64,000 nucleotides of DNA from Sphyrna mokarran. Lineage: Eukaryota. Positions 13,634 to 24,195 of this stretch are shown here, in pieces (position 1 is the first letter of the stretch; the number at the start of each line of letters is the position of its first letter). The stretch is from assembly GCA_024679065.1 (NCBI GenBank), contig JAGIQG010000015.1, positions 20,894,001-20,958,000 of the forward strand, read 5' to 3'. The position numbers and the translations under genes are program-made. Under the pieces are notes generated by a model. The model was not told the DNA's origin. It ran no database searches and saw only the letters and a program-made list of their open reading frames with translations.

Positions 13634-14770
13634 ATTAGTCTGTTAAGTTAGTAAACAATTTAATTAATTGCACCATTCTCCTGATTACTAATGAAAGCAG
13701 AGGCCTTTAGTTCTCAGCACACAGCAATGATGATTCTCAAAGCATTTCTCAATAAAAAGTATCACAAAAATACCAAATAATGGACAAAACAGACATAAAA
13801 GATTTGTGCCTAATTATATTCTAACTTCTCTGAACTTCCCAGTTTTGTTTTATTTTGTCATCAGGTGTGGCAAGGCAAGAATTTGTTGCCCAACCCTAAC
13901 TGTTCTTGAACTGTGTGGCTTGCTGGATCATTTCAGATGTCAGTTAAGAGTCAACCATGTTAATATGAGCATGGAGTCACACGTAGGCCAGACCAGGTAA
14001 GGGCAGCAAGACCTAATGTGTCCTCGTCCATCATATGATCCAAATTATAGGTAATAGTTTGTTAATTCAAAGAATACTGGTCAGAGGGCAAAAGATGACA
14101 AACAGATAAAGTACCCTGATTCAACACTCAGGCTAAAATGAACATTCATCAGTTTTTCCCCTTTTGAAGGAAATGAGGGAGAAAAATAAGACCAACACAA
14201 AACGGTATCTGCAATACTTTGTCTTGGAGTATTTTCTCTCAAGAATTGTTCTGTTTCAATTTGGTCCATTACTTATGACAGTTTGGGGAATGGAATGCTT
14301 TTCCACTGCTGCCACCTGCAAACATCTGCCCAATTTAGGCAGAGACAAGAACAATTTGCATCTAGAATGCTTTAACCTCTTTTTTCGATCATACCTGCCT
14401 TAATTTCCCATATTTGCCTCTCTAAAAGTATCTGCATCAGATCAAATATTGCACGGATATATGCTGTGCAAAGTGGAAATCGGTTGAAATTGCCAGATCT
14501 AATTTAGATAAGAGCTATTTGGTTTAATAGAAAAGGGCTTTCATTCATTTGGTTTTACATTGGATTTGGTTTAAAAAGGCAATGTCCAAAATAACACCAC
14601 CATCCAGGTTACTCATCAACAATGAATGCGATTTTCTAATTGTGAAATTTAATTTACAGCGTGACACAAGAAATCCAAATCCTTTGCATGCTTATAATAG
14701 TGCTTATGTGCAAAAAATTGAAAGATATTGGGAAAGAGAAACACAATGATTTATTCAAACTATTTCATAC

Positions 14771-15344
14771 CAGGTCCATCAGCAAAGTCTTCCTTGACAA
14801 CGTTCTCTTCAGTTGTTTTCATATTAACAGTGGAAGTAGATACTGAGCTGAGACTGGAAGTTCGGGAATGGCTTTTTGGTGTGGAAGGCTTTGCTGTCTC
14901 TCGTTTGTTATCTGACCTACCATTTAATGACTTTTCTGAACTGTTTAAGAAATCAAAGAGTTGGTCGTCATCTGGCTCAGTCTTTTTTGGTCTTACAAAC
15001 TGCATTGAGGGTCTGTTCAGAGAAGAGCTTGCAGGTGCACTAGCTGTAGTTTCAAAGGTCCGTGATGAGGAAACATTAGAAGCTCCAGCAAGCATGGTGG
15101 CCTTTTGTCTCTTAATATTCCCAGCAGCAGAGGAGACATAGCTGATATCAGAGGAGACTTGGCGATCAGACTTACTGCCCAGCTGATTCAGGGCAGAATA
15201 CTGGCTGGAAGAATTGCCTTCAACTTTGAGAGCATGTGTTGCAGCCACATTGTCAATGGAAGTAGTTAGTGCTGCTGCTGCCCCCTGGTCCACTTTATTC
15301 AAGAAGTCTTCTGCTTTCCCCGCAAGTTCAACCAACCACGACAT
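14771..15344 (-). CDS. GOLGA5: Golgin subfamily A member 5 (golgin-84), first coding exon
   Basis: MSWLVELAGKAEDFLNKVDQGAA is the golgin-84 N-terminus, followed by FVRPKKTEPDDDQLFDFLNS. ATG at 15344; donor CTG|GTATGA at 14770; acceptor AG at 15384-15383. 574 coding nt, phase 1. Confidence 0.96.
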
Positions 15345-17114
15345 CTTGAACTGGTGCTAGAGATGAAGCATTACAACATGACCTATTCACAGAATAAGCA
15401 TAGGTTTAATACAATTTCAAAGAAATGGTTACTTAAATAAACAACCACCTAAGGATCAGCAACGACTTCACAAAGTGCAAAATACTACATGCCACTTTCT
15501 GCTTTCTCAAGACTATAAAAATTTCTGCTGAATTGTGATTAGGATACAAACATTTACACTATTAAATCAAAACAGAATAAAACTAAATTACAAAATAAAA
15601 AGTATATATTGGTGGTATTAATGTGATTAATCTCTTAGGAGGATTGTTAGTCTAACCATTCACCACAATGATGAAGCATGTTAGAATGCTTACTGAATTC
15701 TACTGCGTAATGCTTAAAAATATTCACAAGATTGCATTTCCTATCACTATTTGTACCTTCTCACCAAACGTCATTTAAATTGTGCAAAGCAACTTGCAGA
15801 AGTTTATTTTTGGAGACATTCTGCAGGAACAATATCCCACAAACAAGTAGCAGAAATTAATGATTGGCTGATCTGTTTTTTCCTCTCTGGTGATGACACT
15901 TGAACAGGGCAATAGTCTGCCATGGAATCCATCCAAATAGACCGACGAACCTTAGTTTAATACCACTTTAAGAATGGTATCACAATAAAAGTGGCAAGAA
16001 ATAACGATCTCCATTTGTATCGTTAGCCTTTTGACCCAGAAGCTTAAGATAACTGAATTAAGCTGGCCAAGATTTGACTTTATAATTTATACATGGGGTG
16101 TCAAAACAAGGAAGCATAAAAATGCAAATTAAATTTACGTAGCGAAGTGCTGTAGTCACCTGGTAACAAAATGTTGCAATAAAATCAAAATACAAAGTGT
16201 AGAATACATATCCAAACAGATTCCAAAAGGAAAAACAAACAAGAGCAAAGAATCAAAATCAGGTTCTGGAAAACTAGGTGATGTAATGAATCAGAACGAA
16301 AATGAGGAAATTATCCAAATAAAACCAATCCAAATGCCTAGTCCTTCACCTGATGAAACAGACATTCATATCATGTCTTTGACTTTTAAAGCGTGCTAAA
16401 GGTTAAATGATGACAAAGACTGGAAACAAAATTATGACAATTAGTGAGACAAATCCTAATCGTTTACTAATATACAAAGCTATCATCGCATTCTACACAA
16501 CTTCAAAATCTTTTGACACTCTTGAATTAGTTGGAATAGAAATTGTCCTTTATTTATATGCTAAATATGAAGCAGATGTTCCTTCAAAAGTCACACCACT
16601 GCTTTAAACACCAGTTATTAATAATTTTAAGAGGGTCCATAGCAGACAGCAAAAGGAGCATGATAATACACCATCATAGCCAACATCACAGGACTTCTGG
16701 AAAGCAGTGTTATTCTTTTGCAACAGCAGAAAACACATGCTGTAAAATTAGTCCACAAACACCAGGTTCAACAGCAGTTACTTTGTCCATATGAAGGATT
16801 TTCTCACTGTATGCAAATCATAACTATGTAGACAACTCTTTCATATAAGAGCTTTCTAACAGAATATTTACAATGCTTGCAGACTTACTGCACATCAATT
16901 TTTATACAGCAGTGATCCCAAATGCTGCTGATGGCTGGTTTGGGGATGGGAATGTCATAAATGGTCAGGCAGTCCTGGTGGTGATGTTTTTGTTTGGCAT
17001 TTTATGATATGAACGTTACTTGCTACTTTGTCATCTTGCTGCAGGTGGGAACTGGCCACCTCATTATGCAACCATCAGCAAACATCTGCCCTTATCTGGC
17101 AGGAAAGTGACTCA

Positions 17115-17300
17115 TAAAAGCAAAATACAGCAGACGCCAGAATCTGGAACAAAAATGGAAAATGCTGCCAAATCTCAGCAGCTCTGGAACATCTGCAGGG
17201 AGAGAATAGAGCCAAAGTTTTGAGACTTATACAGACTTAAAACATGTGCTTTATTCTCTCTCCACTGATGCTGTCAGATCTGCTGAAATTTTGCAGCAAA
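17115..17300. mobile_element. Second Penelope-like family copy, inverted arms, decayed
   Basis: AATCTCAGCAGCTCTGG...GAGAGAATAGAGC followed by its reverse complement TTATTCTCTC...CAGATCTGCTGAAATTT. Confidence 0.6.
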
Positions 17301-17724
17301 AGTAATTGATGGGCCCAGGATGCTGTCCTGCAGTGAGATCACAGGGTTGAAGTGATTGATCTACACTGGACACAACCACATTCCTTGGTGGTGACGTTAA
17401 CTTCTGCCATCGACAAGACATCCATCTTTACATCCCCACTGACTGCAAACAAAAATGTGACAATTAGTGAGACAAATGCTAATCTTTTTTATTGACTATA
17501 CAAAGCCATCATTGTACTCCACACACAATTTTAGAATCATTTGACTCTCTTGGATCCTGAATTAGCTGGAATAGAAATTCTCCTGTCTTTATATGCTAAG
17601 CAAAGTACAAAGTAGATGTCCCTTCACAACTGCTTTGAATATCAGTTTACTAAGGCTTTTTGGAACGACACTCAAGAAAATGTGTTTGGTGAATGACTTG
17701 GTAGTGCCATGTACAAGAGCAGAA

Positions 17725-17993
17725 GCACAGTGGATAGCATTGCTGTCTCACCACGCCAGGGACCCTGATTCAATTTCCGGTTTGGGTCACTGTCTGTGCA
17801 GAGTCTGCATGTTCTCCCCAAATCCTGTATGGGTTTGCTCCCACAATCCGAAAGACATGCTGGTTAGGTACATTGGCTATGCTAAATTCTCCCTCAGTGT
17901 ACCGAAACAAACACCAACTTGGGGATTTTCACAGTAACTTCATTGCAGTGTTAATGTAAGCCTACTTGTCACACTAATAAATAAACTTTAAAC
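17725..17993 (+). mobile_element. V-domain SINE, Rex-type tail
   Basis: Family match. Confidence 0.85.
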
Positions 17994-18219
17994 TCTTTGG
18001 AGCCACACTCAGGCAAGCGTGTGTTTGGTGATTGCAATGCTATGCATGAATGCAGAAAGCACTGTGCGCAGTTACTGTACATCCTGCCACGTTTGATGCT
18101 GCAGGTGGTTTATTGACCTGGTGAGGATGTGCAGTGTAAACAGAGCACTTGGAAACAGGCAGCTGCCTAACAACAGGGCTGACAAGCGGGCAGTAGCCAG
18201 AATGAGCTGACTCACACAC

Positions 18220-18760
18220 AAACGCGAGCTGTCTGTCAGGAATGACAGTGCTTAATCTCACCCCGGCTCAGTAATTCACGAAGCCCACCGCGGCTTCCCC
18301 TTGTTGCTGCTGCCCGTGTGAGGAGAGCGGTGCCTATCCTGCGGCCTAATGCTGAGCTGAAGACCAAGCACAGGCCCTGGGGCGGTCGAGTGGAATCCTC
18401 CGCTCCCCTCTCAACTTCGGCTAAACAAACCAGCTCTACACATACCCGCTTTCCGAGAAGCTGGGCTCGCACTGCCAGCGACCCCCGGGAAGGGAAACCC
18501 ACAAACCGGGAACCGCTCCAACTGTCGCTGCTCTGAGGCTCCCCCCCTGACTGAAGACGTGGACCTGAAGGCGGAGCCTCCCACTCAGGACCCCGGCACC
18601 AAGCTGCCCACCGCCCGCCTGACAGAAACGCCGGGCACGCACCGGCGTCATGACGAAGACACGCACCGGCGTCATGACGAAGACACGCACAGGCGTCACG
18701 ACGCTTCTTACGCACGAGGGAGGCTCAGTGGGGAATAATGAAGAAGACGCTGCTGCGTCC
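18220..18760 (-). promoter_or_regulatory. GOLGA5: CpG-island promoter and probable non-coding exon 1 of GOLGA5
   Basis: GC- and CpG-rich block in AT-rich surroundings, about 3 kb upstream of the ATG exon. GC box CCGCCC near 18611. Candidate minus-strand donors at 18261 (GGG|GTGAGA) and 18445 (CGG|GTATGT); the exact exon is unresolved. Confidence 0.75.
18637..18703. repeat. 24-bp tandem repeat, about 2.8 copies (ACGCACCGGCGTCATGACGAAGAC)
   Basis: Copies at 18637-18660 and 18661-18684 are identical; 18685-18703 is a variant partial copy. Confidence 0.95.
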
Positions 18761-18789
18761 CATTTCCTGCAATGGTCAATAGTCTACCT

Positions 18790-18949
18790 CAGTAAGAGTC
18801 TGGCGACATCAATTTTAAATCCAACCGATTTATTTGATAGTAAATCTGCTAGCTTTCGGCGTTTGTGCCTTCGTCAGGTTGGATTTAAAATTGGTGTTGC
18901 CAGACTCTTACTGAATTTACCCCCGTCCAACGCCGGCATCTCTACATCG
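18790..18949 (-). mobile_element. Miniature Penelope-derived element with inverted arms and hammerhead core
   Basis: 37-bp inverted arms at 18790-18826 and 18877-18913 (35/37); minus-strand CTGACGA-AGGC-ACAAAC-GCC-GAAAGCTA; TSD ATAGTCYACCT. Confidence 0.8.
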
Positions 18950-18970
18950 ATAGTCCACCTGGCAGCGCTT

Positions 18971-19655
18971 AAAGAACAAAACAGCACGGGAAACAGGCCC
19001 TTCGGCCCAACGAGCCCGCGCCGCCACCCCGATGCTCCCACCTCTACCTGCGATCCCTGTCCATGTTTATAGATCTATGGATTGAAACCAAATTTGAGAC
19101 AATTTAGGGAAAATTTGTTCTGCCAGTCAGCCTAAGAGCACATCTTTGGGATGTGGGAGGAAACCGGAGCACCCGGGGAAAACCCACGCAAGCACGGGGT
19201 GATTGCGCAAACTCCCACAGACACAAGCCCAAATCCATGTATCTGCACAGCACAGTGATAGTCACTGAGCTGTCGTGGTGCCCATCAAATGGTCCAGGTC
19301 AAGCGTACGCTGATGACGTGAAGCACTACGATACTCTAAAAAAAATCCAAGAGCAACCCTCTCACGACCCATTGCGTGTATGCTCCTTGTTAGACAACAA
19401 GGCGGACCAAAGCACCTGTAGGATAAAAACAAATACATCAATATCATTGACTATTTGCACACTTCCCAGAGACGCCCAAGGCTCATGATCCCTATTTTAA
19501 ATCAGTTTTCTATATCCCTCCATTCCCATTCTGTTCATGTGCCCATCTAAGTATCTCTTAAATAACTCCTGCCTCCACCACTTGGCAGTGCATTCCATAC
19601 CCTCACCACTCTGTGTGAAAAAACTCCCTCTAGCATCCAAATTATACCTTACCAC
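18971..19655 (-). mobile_element. CR1 LINE 3' fragment with long SINE-containing 3' UTR (copy A)
   Basis: Reverse complement aligns continuously with about 20570-21270; ORF2 C-terminus YNLDARGSFFTQ...YLDGHMNRMGMEGYRKLI. Confidence 0.9.
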
Positions 19656-19741
19656 CCCGCCCCCCCACCGCCGCCAAGCCCGTGCATGTTTGTTTTTAAA
19701 ACGGGGCAATTGAAAACTGTTCCTGATGAAGTTGGGGCAAA

Positions 19742-19838
19742 CACAGTAAGAAATCTCACAACACCGGGTTGAAGTCCAACAGGTTTATTTAGTAGCAAAC
19801 ACCACTAGCTTTTGGAACTGGCTGTTTCTTCCTCAAGT
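19742..19838 (-). mobile_element. Penelope-derived terminal fragment
   Basis: CAGTAAGAAATCTCACAACACCGGGTTGAAGTCCAACAGGTTTATT matches the 1625 and 30211 copies. Confidence 0.7.
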
Positions 19839-19840
19839 TA

Positions 19841-20130
19841 GGGCAGCACAGTGGTTAGCACTGCTGCCTCACAGCACCAGGGACCAAGATTCATTTCTGG
19901 GTTTGTGTGGAGTTGGCACGTTCTCCTATGCCTGTGTGGGTTTCCCCTAGATGTGCTGGTTTCCTCTCATAGTCCAAAAGATGTGCTGGTTTGCTGTGTT
20001 GGCCATGCTAAATTCTCTCTCAGTGTACCCAAACAAGTTCCAAAGTGTGGTGACTAGGGGACTTTTACAGTAACTTCATTGCAGTGTTAATATAAGCCTA
20101 CTTATGACACAAGAAATAAACTTAAAAAAC
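19841..20130 (+). mobile_element. V-domain SINE, Rex-type tail
   Basis: Family match. Confidence 0.85.
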
Positions 20131-20270
20131 TAAAAAGAACTGTTGGAGGAAGTTGGAGCCAGCACCAGCCCAGAGACAAGAACCAGCTGAACAGATTTTT
20201 TAACATTTATTCTATCCTTAAGTTACACACTCAATACTCAGTGGACCAGGCAAATCTGAATCCATTAAAA

Positions 20271-21288
20271 CGCTGGTTAGACCTCATTTGGAATACTGTG
20301 TCCAGTTCTGGTCGCCTTACTACCGGAAGGACGTGGAGACTCTGGAAAGAGTGCAGAGGAGGTTTACCAGGATGCTGCCTGGTACGAAAGGTCTGAGTTA
20401 TGAGGAGAGATTAGGCAAATTGGGACTATTTTCCTTAGAAAGATGTAGACTTAGAGGAGATCTGATAGAGGTGTACAAAATTTTGAAGGGGATAGATAGA
20501 GTAAACAGGGCTAAGCTTTTTCCTAGGATGGACTCAAATAGCACGAGAGGTCATGGGCTTAGGGTGAGGGGGGGTTAGGTATAATTTGGATACTAGAGGG
20601 AGTTTTTTCACACAGAGGGTGGTGGGGGTATGGAATGCACTGCCAAGTAAAGTGGTGGAGGCAGGTATTCTGGAGTTATTTAAAAAATACTTAGATGGGC
20701 ACATGAACAGAATGGGAATGGAGGGGTATAGAAAACTGATTTAAAATAGGGATCATGAGCCTTGGGAGTCCCTGGGAAGTGTGTAAATAGATGATGATAT
20801 TGATGTACTTGTTTTTATCCTACAGGTGCTTTGGTCCACCTTGTTGTCTAACGAGGGGCATACACGCGATGGGTCGTGAGAGGACTGCTCTTGGATCTTT
20901 TGAGAGTATCCTACTGCTTCACATCATTAGTGTATGCTTGACCTGGACCATCTGATGGGCAACACGACAGCTCAGTGACTATCGCTGTGCTGTGCAGATA
21001 CATGGATTTGGGCCTGTGTCTGTGGGAGTTTGCGCATTCTCCCCGTGGTTGTGTGGGTTTTCTCCGAGAGCTCTGGTTTTGTCCCACATCCCAAAGATGT
21101 GCTCTTAAGCTAATTGGCAAAACAAATTCTCCCTAAATTGTCTCAAATTTGGTTTTTAATTCATAGATCTATAAACATGGACAGGGATCGCGGGTAGAAG
21201 TGGGAACATCGGAGTGGCGGCGTGGGCTCGTTGGGCCGAAGGGCCTGTTTCCAGTGCTGTTTTGTTCTTTGATCTTTGTTCTTTGTTC
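20271..21288 (+). mobile_element. CR1 LINE 3' fragment with long SINE-containing 3' UTR (copy B)
   Basis: LVRPHLEYCVQFWSPYYRKDVETLERVQRRFTRM...LRGDLIEVYKI is the CR1 ORF2 C-terminus; stop at 20742-20744; tail repeats (TTTGTTC)n. Confidence 0.93.
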
Positions 21289-21870
21289 ATTCCTTGCTCG
21301 CTCAAAAAATTCAACATCCAATGTAATCCAATTCAAGGTCCCCATTAGAGAGAAAAACAAAATCCAAGCTGAGAAGACACAGCAACCCAGCTCGGGTTTG
21401 ATCTGAAACTTGATCTTGGCCAAAAGTCCCAGATATTGCAAGATGGTGCTGCACAATGTATATCAGGTTGCTATTTTGTTTCATGCCTTTCACAATCTCA
21501 GGACATCTCAAAGCACTTTACAGATAGTGCTGCAGTAATTTCTTATCAGGAAAGAATATATTGAGGGCAGACCCTATTCAACCAGATTTTGCTTGCAAAC
21601 TCTCAGACAAAACGTTTAGTGTTAGATGTTTCACAGCTGGACAGCATTTGCTAAATAATCATAAGTGTGATAATAGCTACAGGAACTAACAATTTAAGAT
21701 AATCAGGCGAGCTCATAAACTTGCTATCTTTTCAGGACTGGAGAGACAGTATGTCACATGTCAAGTCAAGTATAACTGAAACTAGTTTACTCTGGTTTGA
21801 TTTTATATGCATATGTACACAAATGGCAATAGGAAGATGCTATTACACTATAACAGTAACATGGATCATG

Positions 21871-22035
21871 GTTAGTCCAAAAGATGTGCTTGTTAGCTAC
21901 ATTGGCCATGCTAAATTCTCCCTCAGAATACCTGAACAGGTGCCCGAGTGTGGCTACTAGGGATTTTCACAGTAACTTCATAGCAGTGTTAATGTTAGCC
22001 TATTTGTGACACTAATAAATAAACTTTAAACTTAA
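21871..22035 (+). mobile_element. 5'-truncated V-domain SINE, Rex-type tail
   Basis: Family match. Confidence 0.8.
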
Positions 22036-22718
22036 AATTTAGAAGAGCATACATTCATATGCAATGGATTTGCACTCTGAAAGCAACTCTGATCAAGCTT
22101 TGCACATTTTTTGAATTATGCAGAAGCAAGAGAAGCCTATAGTTCCCCATTACTTTTGTCAATACATTGACTCAGCCAATCAATGTCGACTTGCCAACCA
22201 AACTGCACCCTTTTCTCTTGTAATATAAGTTTTTGTGATTGTTTGAAATTTGGCATTCTTGCATTTGTCCTGATGGGAATGAGATGGAAACATGTTTCTC
22301 TTTTCAGCAATATTTTCAAACTTGAGAATATCTGATGAGAGTTGAGATGGGATCATCAGATTCCTCTTTAATTATTGACACAGAACTGGACTCAATTGTT
22401 TTACACAACAATTTAGAGAGTTGTAATCAAGTTAGGCATTCTAATGCAAGCATTGTCAAATTAAATCAAAAACTTGTTCAGCAATATTACATGTGGCATC
22501 CTAGAATATTTCAGGTATGGCATATGAGTTGTGCATGAAGATTGAGCAAAATACAAACAGTCACGATAAGAACAGCGTGTTTAAGAATGTAAAACATAGA
22601 AGTTACCTTGTACCCTTTTGTTCCAGGTGCTGTGATAGTGATGTGAAACTAAGAGAAATGAGGAACAGTCATCTAAATTCCACACTGTGACCCTGGAAAC
22701 CAGATAAAACTAACTTAT

Positions 22719-23480
22719 AATTGATTTGATTTGATTTATTGTCACATGAATTAGCATATACTGAAAAATATTGTTTCTTGCGCGCTATGTCAACAAAACA
22801 TATTGTTTATAAAGAAGGAAAGGAGGGAGTGCAGAATGTAATGTTACAGTCGTAGCTAGGGTGTAAAAAAGATCAACTTAATGCAAGGTAGGTTCATTGA
22901 AAAGCTGAATGGCAGCAGGGAGGAAGCTGTTCTTACGTTAGTTGGTACGTATCCTCAGACTTCTGTGTCTTTTTCCTGAAGGATGACTCTGAAAGAGAAT
23001 ATGTCGGGGCTACATGGGGTCCTTAATTATGCTTTGCCAACGCAGTGGGAAGCGTAGAGAGTGCCAATGGGTTGGAGGCCTGTTTGCGTGATGGACTAGG
23101 CTTTGTTCATGCCCTTTTGCAGTTTCTTCGGTATTGGATAGGCAGGAGCCATACTAAGCTGTGATACAACCAGAAAGAATGCTTCCTATGGTGCATCTGT
23201 AAACACTATGAGAGTCATAGTGGACATGGCAACTTTCCTTAGTCATATCAAGTAAAGGCAGGTACCAGTAGAGGTTATTGGTGATCTGGACATCTAAAAA
23301 CTTGAAGCTCTTGACCATTTCTCTCTTGCTCCCATTGATGTAGACAGAGGCATGTCCTCCTCCAAGCTTCCTGAAGTTGATGACTATCTCTTTCATTTCA
23401 ATGACATTGAGGGAGAGATTGTTGGTGCCACACCAGTTCATCAGATTCTTTATCTCTTTCCTGTACTTGGTTGCGTCATT
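22719..23480 (-). mobile_element. Rex1/Babar LINE 3' fragment
   Basis: WCGTNNLSLNVIEMKEIVINFRK...FKFLDVQITNNL...YRCTIGSILSGCITA (ORF 23154-23537). Confidence 0.85.
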
Positions 23481-23483
23481 GTT

Positions 23484-24195
23484 TGAGATGTATGGGATAC
23501 AGTGAAAAGTATTATTTCTTACGCACTCTGCAAGCAAAACATACTGTTCAAAGAGTATAATGGAAGGAGTTTAATGTTTTATGTTTATTCGTTAGTGTCA
23601 CAAATAGGCTTACATTAACTCGTAAATGTAGATACTGTGAAAATCCCCTAGTCGCCATACTCCAGCACCTGTTCGGGAACACTGAGGGAGAATTTAACAT
23701 GGCCAACACACCTAACCAGCACATATTTTGGACTATGGGAGGAAACACATGCAGACAGGAGGAGAATGTACAAACTCTACACAGACAGAGACTCAATCTA
23801 GGAATTGAACCTGGGTCCCTGGCATTGTGACGCAGCAGTGCTAACCACTGTGCCACCATGTGTTCATTTGCCACTGTGACAGTCGTGGAATGGTGCAGAA
23901 TGTAGTATTGCAGTTACAGGTTGGGCAAAGAGAACAGCTTAAAATATAATAAGACCATTCAAAAGTCTGATGATAGCAGGGAAGAAAACATTCTTGAGTC
24001 TGTCAGTATGCGTTTTCAGACTTTTGCATCATTTTTTCAATGGAAGAAGTCATATATCTGGGATGAGTGGGGTCCTTGATTATGCTGGCTGCTTTTCCAA
24101 GGTAGCAGGTAGTGTAGACGGAGTCAATGGACGGGAAGCTGGTTTGCATGATGGACTGGGTTATGTTCATGACTCTTTGTAGTTTCTTGTGCATG
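23484..24195 (-). mobile_element. Rex1/Babar LINE 3' fragment interrupted by a SINE
   Basis: HKKLQRVMNITQSIMQTSFPSIDSVYTTCYLGKAASIIKDPTHP (ORF 24003-24194); tail at 23484-23560. Confidence 0.8.
23568..23860 (-). mobile_element. V-domain SINE, Rex-type tail, nested in a Rex LINE
   Basis: Family match. Confidence 0.85.

Noticed and set aside
18637-18703. Palindromic short repeat resembling a CRISPR array
   Set aside because: Units are contiguous with no spacers, there are no cas genes, and the context is a vertebrate promoter.
18236-19072. Long overlapping ORFs (159, 140 and 87 aa) at the CpG island
   Set aside because: They arise from GC richness, the 24-bp repeat and TE sequence; no recognisable protein.
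19153-19488. Antisense ORF similar among CR1 copies (IVTELSWCPSNGP; also 58996-59346 and 20911-21120)
   Set aside because: Frames shift between copies, copy B has an early stop, and the starts are non-ATG. Nucleotide-level conservation explains the similarity.
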